Assembly (NCBI GenBank): GCA_041694815.1
Contig: JBGFSC010000026.1
Location: forward strand, 27,762 to 91,761
Reading direction: 5' to 3'
DNA from: Elusimicrobiota bacterium
GTDB lineage: Bacteria > Elusimicrobiota > Elusimicrobia > UBA1565 > JACRDR01
DNA length: 64,000 bases
The translations under genes and the position numbers were made by a program. This document shows, piece by piece, positions 47,666 to 55,295 of this stretch (positions are counted from its first letter, which is position 1; each line of letters starts with the position of its first letter). The notes beneath the pieces were generated by a model. That model saw only the letters and a program-made list of their open reading frames with translations, had not been told where the DNA came from and made no database searches.

Positions 47666-50600
47666 CGCGGTTTTTAGCGGCCCTTTTGATATCGGCCCTG
47701 GGCGCCTCCGGGCACGCCCAGACCTCGGCGCTGATCTTCTCACCCAACGGGGACGGGGTCAAGGACCAGATCACCTTCCGCCTGAGCCTCGCCGAGAGCG
47801 CCGAGGTCTCCAGCTGGCTGCTCGAGATCCGCGCCGAAGCGCCGAAGGGAGAGGGGGCGTTGATCAAGAGCTTCGGGGGCAAGGGCCGGCCGCCCTCGGA
47901 GCTCAAATGGGATGGCAAGGACTTAAACAACCGCCTGGTCCAGGACGGCACCTATCTTTTCTCCCTCAGCTTGGTGACCCCGGCCGGCAACCAGGTGGCG
48001 ATCGCCCCCTCGCCGCTGATCGTCGACCGCGTGCCGCCCCAGATCCGCGTCGCCGTGGAACCGGACCTCTTCTCGCCGAACGGGGACGGCAATAAGGACG
48101 AGACACGATTCTCGATGCAGGGAGAGGACCAGCACGGGCTTTACGGATGGCTGCTCACGCTCAAGGACAAAGACGGGGCGCCGGTGCGCTCCTTCCGCGG
48201 GAAGGGGGCTCCCCTGGCCGTCGTCCCGTGGGACGGGCGGGGCGATTTCGAGGAGGATGTTCCGGACGGGACCTACACTTTTGAACTGACCGTTGACGAC
48301 CGAGCGGGCAATCGCACCGTGAGCGCGCCTCAAAAGGTGAGCATCAACCGAGCGGGCCTCGTGTCGACCGTCGAGGTATCGCCGATGATCTTTTCCCCGA
48401 ACGGAGACGGGATCAAGGACGAGGTCAATTTCCGACTGGCCAGCGGCTCTCCGGAATCGGTCGACCGATGGGAGCTTAAGATACTAAACGCCAACGGGAA
48501 GATCGTCCACTCCTTCGGCGGCAAGAAGGACCCGCCGGCGCGCATCGTCTGGAACGGCCTGCCCGACGGCAAGAAGGCGCTGCCGGACGGCTCCTACCAC
48601 GTCGTGCTCTCGGAGACGGACCATGCCGGCAACACCGCCTCCACGCTGCCGCAGCCCATGGAGGTCGACACGGCGCCGCCGCTCTTGGAAGCGCGCCTGG
48701 AGCCGCATCTGCTTTCCCCGAACGGGGACGGATCCAAGGACGAGGGAGTGTTCGCCCTCAAGGCCGACGACGTCCACCCCCTGGAGCAATGGGCCCTTAA
48801 GGTGTTCAACGATGTCGGGCGCGTGGTCAAGAGTTTCATCGGTTCGGCGGGATCTAAGCCTGCCGCGAAGATCCCATGGAAGACCCAAGGGGAGGACGGG
48901 CAGATGCTCATCGACGGGGTCTATTCGTACTCCCTTGAGGCGGCCGACATCGCGGGCAATCGCTCGGCCACAGTGAAGGCCTCCTTGCGCATCGACCGGA
49001 CGCCACCCTTGGTCTCGGTCGCGGTGGAGCCATCGTTGTTCTCGCCGAACGGCGACGGGGTGCTCGACTCGACGACGTTCAACGTGAGCGTGCAGGACGC
49101 CGGCCCCATCGAGCGCTGGTCGCTGGCGCTCACCGACGCCAAGGGCAAGCTCGAGCGGACCTTCACGGGCCCGCCGGAGAGCATCCCTTCCCAAATCGTC
49201 TGGGATGGAAAGAACCAGGACCGCGTGCTGCTTCCCGACGGGATATACGGCTTCGTGCTCAAGGCCGTCGACGTGGCGGGCAACGCCTCCTCCACCGCCG
49301 AGCAGAAAGTGACGATCGGCGCGACGGCGCCGGTGCCGACGATCGTCTCGGATCTAAGGGCCATCTCGCCGAACGCGGATAGCTACAAGGACGCTGCCTC
49401 CTTCAAGCTCCAGGCTCCGGCGTTCAATACGCTCAAGGAGTGGACCTTCCGGATCCGCGACGCCGCCAAGACGGCCCAGCGCAGCGTGCAGGGCCGCGGG
49501 GACGTGCCGGGCCGCCTGCAATGGGGAGGGGAGCGCGACGACCAGAGGTTGCTGCCGGACGGCGAATACGCCTACGAGCTGGAGGTCATCGACGCCGCCG
49601 GCAACAAAGTACTCACCGTGCCCCAGCCTTTGCGCGTCGACACGACCAAACCCCAGTTGACGGTTTCCGTCTCCCCGAACCTGTTCTCCCCGAACGGCGA
49701 CGGGCTCAAGGATGAGGCGGTGTTCATCCCCGGCTATACGGACGCCAGCCCGATCGCCAAATGGAAGCTGATCCTGCAGGACCCGACCAAGAGCAATGTC
49801 CGCGTCTTTTCGGGTGAGGGCTCCCTACCCTTGTCGCTGCCCTGGGACGGCAAGGCCCAGGACGGGTCCAAGGCCTCCGACGGAAGCTACACCTTCGTCT
49901 TCTTCGCCGAGGACGAAGTCGGCAACAAGGCTACGACCTCCGAGCAGATCGTGCGCCTCGATAACACCGCTCCCGAGGTGGCCCTGCAGGCGGAGCCGAC
50001 GCTGTTTTCGCCCAATGGGGACGGCGTCAAGGACGATACCGCCTTCCTCCTCGATTTCAAGGACGCCTCCGATATCGCCCATTGGAAGCTCGAGATCGCG
50101 CGCGGCCCGGAGCCGGCCGCCCGAACCTTCTCGGGTCTGGGGAGGCCGCCCCGGAGCTTTCCTTGGGACGGCAAGAACGATCGCGGGCAGGCGGTGCCCG
50201 ACGGCAAATATACGGCCGTCCTCTCGGTCGTCGATGAGGTGGGTAACACGGGGCGCAGCCAGCCCTTCGCGCTCACGGTCGACACCTCCAAGCCGCTCGT
50301 GACCGTCACCGCCGAGACGGACCCGGTCGAGGAGATCGCCGCGCCCATGACGGTGGTCGGCGACACCGACAAGGACATCGTCATATCGTTGGAGAGCGAG
50401 GTCCTATTTGACACCGGGCAGGATTCGATCAAGGCCCAGGCCTTCGCCACTTTGATGAAAGCCAACCACCTCCTGCGGCGCTATCCCCAGCGCAAGATCC
50501 GTATCGAGGGGCACGCCGATAACGTGCCGATACATAACGAGCAGTTCAAGAACAATATGGAGCTTTCGCAGGGCCGCGCCGAGGCCATATTGAAGTTCTT

Positions 50601-50742
50601 CGCCGACAAGGGCAAGATCGACGCCTCCCGCATGGAGGCCAAGGGCTTCGGCGACAAGCGCCCGAAGGCCAGCAACGATTCGGAGGCGGGACGCCGGATG
50701 AACCGTCGCGTCGAGATCATCCTGATCAAGGAAAAATCGTGA
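47662..50742 (+). CDS. Exported protein with eight FSPNGDG/FlgD-Ig-like repeats and a C-terminal OmpA peptidoglycan-binding domain
   Basis: ATG 47662 with SD; 8 x [SPNGDG.KD...W.L.I...WDG...DG.Y...D.AGN]; VLFDTG, IEGHADN, LSQGRA, NRRVEI. Confidence 0.88.
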   Translation: MTRFLAALLISALGASGHAQTSALIFSPNGDGVKDQITFRLSLAESAEVSSWLLEIRAEAPKGEGALIKSFGGKGRPPSELKWDGKDLNNRLVQDGTYLFSLSLVTPAGNQVAIAPSPLIVDRVPPQIRVAVEPDLFSPNGDGNKDETRFSMQGEDQHGLYGWLLTLKDKDGAPVRSFRGKGAPLAVVPWDGRGDFEEDVPDGTYTFELTVDDRAGNRTVSAPQKVSINRAGLVSTVEVSPMIFSPNGDGIKDEVNFRLASGSPESVDRWELKILNANGKIVHSFGGKKDPPARIVWNGLPDGKKALPDGSYHVVLSETDHAGNTASTLPQPMEVDTAPPLLEARLEPHLLSPNGDGSKDEGVFALKADDVHPLEQWALKVFNDVGRVVKSFIGSAGSKPAAKIPWKTQGEDGQMLIDGVYSYSLEAADIAGNRSATVKASLRIDRTPPLVSVAVEPSLFSPNGDGVLDSTTFNVSVQDAGPIERWSLALTDAKGKLERTFTGPPESIPSQIVWDGKNQDRVLLPDGIYGFVLKAVDVAGNASSTAEQKVTIGATAPVPTIVSDLRAISPNADSYKDAASFKLQAPAFNTLKEWTFRIRDAAKTAQRSVQGRGDVPGRLQWGGERDDQRLLPDGEYAYELEVIDAAGNKVLTVPQPLRVDTTKPQLTVSVSPNLFSPNGDGLKDEAVFIPGYTDASPIAKWKLILQDPTKSNVRVFSGEGSLPLSLPWDGKAQDGSKASDGSYTFVFFAEDEVGNKATTSEQIVRLDNTAPEVALQAEPTLFSPNGDGVKDDTAFLLDFKDASDIAHWKLEIARGPEPAARTFSGLGRPPRSFPWDGKNDRGQAVPDGKYTAVLSVVDEVGNTGRSQPFALTVDTSKPLVTVTAETDPVEEIAAPMTVVGDTDKDIVISLESEVLFDTGQDSIKAQAFATLMKANHLLRRYPQRKIRIEGHADNVPIHNEQFKNNMELSQGRAEAILKFFADKGKIDASRMEAKGFGDKRPKASNDSEAGRRMNRRVEIILIKEKS

Positions 50743-50766
50743 GCGGCCGGAAGGGGTAGGAGGGTT

Positions 50767-51381
50767 ATGCCAGAGATCAATATACTCGAGATATTCCGCA
50801 CCAGCTTCACCCTGGTGATACTGCTGTTCTGCTCGATCGTCACCCTGACCTTTGCCGTCGAGCGTTGGTGGTTCTACCGCTCCATCAGCGTCAACGTGGA
50901 CGCCTTCTTGAACAATCTCCGCCAGCTCATCGAGAACAACAAGTACGCGGAGGCCTTAAAGCTCTGCGGCAATACGCCTGGCCCCGTATCCGCCCTGATG
51001 CACGCGGCGCTGCAGCACCGTTCCAAGTCGAAGAACGAGGTCTCGGCGCTGCTCAGCGCCGCGCAGATCGACGAGAGGGCCAAGCTGGAACATTATCTCG
51101 GCATCCTGGGCACGATGGGCAACACCGCCCCCTTCATCGGGCTTTTCGGAACCGTCGTCGGCATTATCAAGGCCTTCCACGACCTGGCCCTTTCGGGCTC
51201 CGGCGGCCCGTCCGTCGTGGCGGCGGGCATCGCCGAGGCCTTGGTCGCCACCGCGGGAGGGTTGGCGGTGGCCATTCCCGCCGCGGTGCTCTACAACTAC
51301 TTCCTCAAGCGGGTCAAGGACATCAACTCGTCGATGGACGCCTCCTCTATCCGCATCCTCGTCTACCTGGGGTTGAGCTGA
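50767..51381 (+). CDS. MotA/TolQ/ExbB proton channel protein
   Basis: LGTMGNTAPFIGLFGTVVGII, GIAEALVATAGGLAVAIPA. Confidence 0.93.
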   Translation: MPEINILEIFRTSFTLVILLFCSIVTLTFAVERWWFYRSISVNVDAFLNNLRQLIENNKYAEALKLCGNTPGPVSALMHAALQHRSKSKNEVSALLSAAQIDERAKLEHYLGILGTMGNTAPFIGLFGTVVGIIKAFHDLALSGSGGPSVVAAGIAEALVATAGGLAVAIPAAVLYNYFLKRVKDINSSMDASSIRILVYLGLS

Positions 51382-51791
51382 TGCGCCTCTCTAGCCCCCC
51401 GCAGGCGGCCGGAGCCATCACGGAGATCAACGTGACGCCCTTAGTCGACGTCTGCCTGGTGCTCGTCATTATCTTCATGGTGCTCACCCCCTTTGCGATG
51501 CAGGCCGGCATCGACGTGGCAGGCTCCAAGGTGGGCGCTGCGCGGGGGGAGGCCGCCGTGAGCGAGAACGTGAGCGTGGTACTCAAGGACAACGGCGCGC
51601 TGCAGGTCAACGGGCGCCCCGTTTCCTGGGAGGCATTGCCGGGGGCGATCCGCCAAGCGCTGGCTCATAGCCGTGACGGGCTCGTTAGCGTCAACGCCTC
51701 GCCGAAGGCCGACGTAGGGCAGGTCGTCGACATACTGGACGCGTCCAAGCAAAGCGGGGCCAAGCGCTTGGCCCTGCTGCAGCCGAGATAA
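51381..51791 (+). CDS. ExbD/TolR family protein (copy 1)
   Basis: ATG 51381; EINVTPLVDVCLVLVIIFM with conserved Asp. Confidence 0.9.
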   Translation: MRLSSPPQAAGAITEINVTPLVDVCLVLVIIFMVLTPFAMQAGIDVAGSKVGAARGEAAVSENVSVVLKDNGALQVNGRPVSWEALPGAIRQALAHSRDGLVSVNASPKADVGQVVDILDASKQSGAKRLALLQPR

Positions 51792-51794
51792 CCC

Positions 51795-52214
51795 ATGGCG
51801 ATCTCATCCTCCTCCTCGGGCGGGCCGATCACGGGAATCAACATCACCCCTCTCGTCGACGTGTGCCTGGTGCTGGTCATCATCTTCATGGTCACGGCCC
51901 CCTTGCTCACACAGCCGAACCTTCCCGTGGAACTGCCCAAAGCCCGCACCGCCGAGGGGAAGGAAAAGGAGAACATTACGATCACGATCACCAAGGAGGG
52001 GCGCTGGGCCCTCAATGAGAAGGAGATGGAGCCCGCCCAACTCGAGTCACAGCTACCGCAGCGCGTGGCGGCGAGCCGGGATAAATTCGTAATCATCCGC
52101 GCCGACCGCGGTAGCTCCTACGCGTTTACGTTGGAAGCGATGCGCATGGCCAAGGCGGCGGGGGCCAAGGACACCGCGATCGCGACCGAACAGAAGCCGA
52201 GGCCCAAGGGATAG
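51795..52214 (+). CDS. ExbD/TolR family protein (copy 2)
   Basis: INITPLVDVCLVLVIIFMVT, VELP.A, IIRAD. Confidence 0.92.
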   Translation: MAISSSSSGGPITGINITPLVDVCLVLVIIFMVTAPLLTQPNLPVELPKARTAEGKEKENITITITKEGRWALNEKEMEPAQLESQLPQRVAASRDKFVIIRADRGSSYAFTLEAMRMAKAAGAKDTAIATEQKPRPKG

Positions 52215-52216
52215 CC

Positions 52217-53344
52217 ATGGCGGCGGATGCCCAGCGGGTCCAGCAGTCGGCCTTGATCTCGACGGGCTTTCATGCCGCGGTCTTCGGCGCTTATATCCTC
52301 TTGAAATTGAGCCAGCCCGCGCAAAACAATCTCATTATCACCCGCGTGGAATTCCTCGACCTGCGTCCCCCCGCCGAGGCCCCGCCCCCTCCGTCCGCGG
52401 CACAGGCCCCCCGCGGCCTGCGCGACTTCATCCGCATGGCCATGCCCTCCTTTAAGCCGCGTTCCCAGGAGCCCCAGGACGTGGACATCCCCAAGGACCG
52501 GCTGCAGGAGGCGGTCCTGCCGCAGGCGCAGCGCTTGATCGACCGTGGCCAGCTCGAGCGCGGCCCTTCCCTGCGCATCGACGCCGCGGATGTCCGGCGG
52601 CCAGCCTCCTCCCAATTGAGCGACATTGCGGCCAAGCCCGCGGCCGCGCCGTCTAGTATGGCTTCGATTCAGGCCCCGCCGGCCTCCATCTCGCTCGACG
52701 CGGTGGGCCGCTCCGCGGCGAGGCCGTCCGGCCCCGCCATCCGCATAGACCCGGGCGCGACCATCAAGCGCTCGGGCGCCTCTTTCGGCGAGATCGCGCC
52801 GGCCAGGTCCGGACCCCGCGCCTCCGCGGGCCCCGCCGCGGCCGGGGCCGCGATCGACCTGAGCGAGTCGCCCGGACCCGCGCGGCGGCCATCCCCGGCT
52901 CCTCGCCTTCCCATCGGCTACGGCCGAGGGAGCGGGTCCATCTCGCTGCAGGACGGGCCCGTCTCGGGCTCCGGAAGGAGGGCCTTGCCCGCGGAGCCGA
53001 TTCCCAAGCCGAAGGCGGCCGAGGCGAAGGTCGCGGAGGTGAATATCTCCAACAAGGGCATGGAGATTAGCGGCCCCCTGGCGGGCCGCAAGATCCTCTC
53101 CGCCGTCCTGCCGCGCTATCCGGACTGGGCCCGGGCCCAAGGCGTGCAGGCCGAGGTGACGATACGGTTTTTCGTCTCGCCGGAGGGATTCGTGCTCGAA
53201 CGCATGATGCTCGAGCGCACTTCGGGATATAAGGAGCTCGATGATCTCAGCATGGAGGCCTTAAGGCAGATGCGTTTCGTTCCGTTGGCCGGATCACAGG
53301 AGGATCAGTGGGGTTCGATCACATTCCGATTCCGTCTCAATTGA
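52217..53344 (+). CDS. TonB-family energy transducer
   Basis: N-terminal TM with S...H (ISTGFH), long Pro/Ala-rich linker, PRYPDWARAQGVQAEV...SGY..LD C-domain. Confidence 0.88.
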   Translation: MAADAQRVQQSALISTGFHAAVFGAYILLKLSQPAQNNLIITRVEFLDLRPPAEAPPPPSAAQAPRGLRDFIRMAMPSFKPRSQEPQDVDIPKDRLQEAVLPQAQRLIDRGQLERGPSLRIDAADVRRPASSQLSDIAAKPAAAPSSMASIQAPPASISLDAVGRSAARPSGPAIRIDPGATIKRSGASFGEIAPARSGPRASAGPAAAGAAIDLSESPGPARRPSPAPRLPIGYGRGSGSISLQDGPVSGSGRRALPAEPIPKPKAAEAKVAEVNISNKGMEISGPLAGRKILSAVLPRYPDWARAQGVQAEVTIRFFVSPEGFVLERMMLERTSGYKELDDLSMEALRQMRFVPLAGSQEDQWGSITFRFRLN

Positions 53345-54288
53345 GGCGGACGTTGTTGGCGACGGTCTTGGCCGCGCCGGCCTTCGGCGTCGAGGCGCCC
53401 CAGGAAAAAAAGGAAGGAGCCCTCCCCGACGTGCTCATCGAGGCCGAGCATAAGCGGCCCGTGCGGCGGCAGAAGCCTCCGCTCGATTTAAGCCTTAAGG
53501 AAGACGCGCCGCTCGAGAGCGTGCTCAAGACCGAGGAGGAGGCCAAGACCCGCCTACCGATGGAGATCGCGCAATCGACCGCCTACGCTCCCGGCGTGTC
53601 CGATAGCGGCGCGCTGCTGCTTCCCTCCAGCCACTGGATCGTCTCGACCTGGGACAAGGAGCCCGTACGCGTGTTCTACCCCATGCAGGAGCTGCTCAAG
53701 GTGTTCGCTCCGGCCTCCAAGGAGGACCGGTCGAAATCCAAATGGCGACTCATCGTCGTCGACGGCGCCGGCAAGGCCTTCAAGGGCTTCGAGGGCCCCG
53801 GGCTGCCTCCCGAGAGGCTCGAGTTCGAGGGCAAGGGAGACAATGGGGACTGGGTGCGTCCCGGACAGGCCTACACCGGGGTGCTCACCTTCCAGGACGG
53901 CGCGGGGCGCTCGCATACCGCCATGGGCAAGCCCTTCGCCATTCTCGGGCTCGGGCTTTTAGCTCCTTCCGGCCAACCCCTGCTGAGCCTGGCGGCGCGA
54001 GGGTTATTCCAGGACAAGGGAATGGAGGCACCCAAGCTCTCCGAGCACGGTCGGCAGTTGCTCTTGGAGGCGGCCGGCATTGTTGCCCGGCGCCATCCGG
54101 GTTTGGGGCTGGAGGTGGCCGCCAGGCTCAGCCGGGGCGAAAGCGCCCAGGTGCAGGCCGCCGCCGATCTATGCGCGGGGTTTTTGGCCAAGAGCCTGCT
54201 GCGGCCGGCCGCCGCCGTCGCGGCTAAGTCCTACCCCGCCACTTCGGACCTCGAGGAGCGCGTGGAGATACTGATCTTGAACCGTTAG
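53341..54288 (+). CDS. Exported protein with one FlgD-Ig-like repeat and a degenerate OmpA-like domain
   Basis: TTG 53341 overlaps tonB stop; signal peptide; WRLIVVD..GK....F.G...PP....F.G..D.G; ends ERVEILIL. Confidence 0.6.
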   Translation: MRRTLLATVLAAPAFGVEAPQEKKEGALPDVLIEAEHKRPVRRQKPPLDLSLKEDAPLESVLKTEEEAKTRLPMEIAQSTAYAPGVSDSGALLLPSSHWIVSTWDKEPVRVFYPMQELLKVFAPASKEDRSKSKWRLIVVDGAGKAFKGFEGPGLPPERLEFEGKGDNGDWVRPGQAYTGVLTFQDGAGRSHTAMGKPFAILGLGLLAPSGQPLLSLAARGLFQDKGMEAPKLSEHGRQLLLEAAGIVARRHPGLGLEVAARLSRGESAQVQAAADLCAGFLAKSLLRPAAAVAAKSYPATSDLEERVEILILNR

Positions 54289-54298
54289 CGGGGGAAAG

Positions 54299-54874
54299 AT
54301 GAGCTTGAGGCAGAGATTCTACGTGGACCCGGAAATCCAATTCCCGATCATACTCAGCTTGATACTCCTGGTCACCGCTCAAGGGTTTTTCGTGGGCTGG
54401 GGCTTCTCGAAGGCGATCGCCGTCGCCCGTCAGTGGCAGCGCCCGGAGCAGGCCGCCGAGTTTTTCACCGTGCTGCTGCTGACCGTGATCCCGGTCGTCG
54501 CGCTTAATTTCGCGCTCGGCACCTGGATCTCCCACAAGTTCGCCGGGCCCCTGCTGCAGATGCGCAGGGCCCTGGGCGAGGTGGCGCGGGGCAACCTGGA
54601 GGTGGAGGTGCGCATCCGCAGCGGCGATTTCCTGCACGCGCACGCCCAGGAGCTCAACCGGGCCGTCTCGGTGCTGCGCAAGCTCATCTACCGCGACCAG
54701 GGCTACGCCCGCGAGGCCGATGAGGTGCTCTTGCGCTGCCAGGAGAGGCTTTCGCGTTCGGCCTTGGCCGACGACGAAAAAAGGCAGCTCAAGGTCCTGC
54801 TCGACGACGCCAAGAGCCGTCTGAGCATCATCAACGCGCATTTCTCGAAGGGGAAATGGGAGGAACGCCCATGA
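54299..54874 (+). CDS. Two-TM HAMP-domain protein without output domain
   Basis: RQRFYVD..IQ, 2 TMs, SHKFAGPL......EVARGNL...IRSGD. Confidence 0.75.
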   Translation: MSLRQRFYVDPEIQFPIILSLILLVTAQGFFVGWGFSKAIAVARQWQRPEQAAEFFTVLLLTVIPVVALNFALGTWISHKFAGPLLQMRRALGEVARGNLEVEVRIRSGDFLHAHAQELNRAVSVLRKLIYRDQGYAREADEVLLRCQERLSRSALADDEKRQLKVLLDDAKSRLSIINAHFSKGKWEERP

Positions 54875-55248
54875 GCGACGCCCTCGTGCTGGTCGTCGAC
54901 GACGATGACGAGCTGCGCGACTTGATGGTCTTCGCCTGCAAGCAGGCCGGCTTTTCCGTCCATGCCGTCGAGGACACGCGTCAGGCCCGGCAGTGGATGG
55001 AGCGCAACGAGCCGAGCCTGGTGCTGCTCGACATCATGATGCCGGGCGGCAACGGCTTAGACCTCTGCCGCTGGATACGCGCCGAGCCTCGTTTCGAGAA
55101 AGTCCCCATCATCATCAGCAGCGCGATCAAGGACGAGGAAACCGCCCAGGACGCGCTGGAGCTGGGGGCGGTGGATTTCCTGCAGAAACCATTCGAGGTG
55201 AAGGTGCTGCTTGAGAAAATCCAGCGCGCCCGCGCGCGCGCGCAATAA
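54871..55248 (+). CDS. Single-domain response regulator (receiver)
   Basis: VLVVDDD, LLDIMMP, ISSA, FLQKP. Confidence 0.92.
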   Translation: MSDALVLVVDDDDELRDLMVFACKQAGFSVHAVEDTRQARQWMERNEPSLVLLDIMMPGGNGLDLCRWIRAEPRFEKVPIIISSAIKDEETAQDALELGAVDFLQKPFEVKVLLEKIQRARARAQ

Positions 55249-55260
55249 ACTAATTCCGCG

Positions 55261-55289
55261 TTGACAAATTCCGCTTTCGGGCCCATACT
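55261..55289 (+). promoter_or_regulatory. sigma70-type promoter, probably leaderless
   Basis: TTGACA-17-CATACT, ATG 6 nt later. Confidence 0.7.
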
Positions 55290-55295
55290 CCTTTT

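Noticed and set aside
47662..50742. Type IX secretion substrate
   Set aside because: Motif is internal and repeated, the protein ends in OmpA, and no T9SS genes are in the window.
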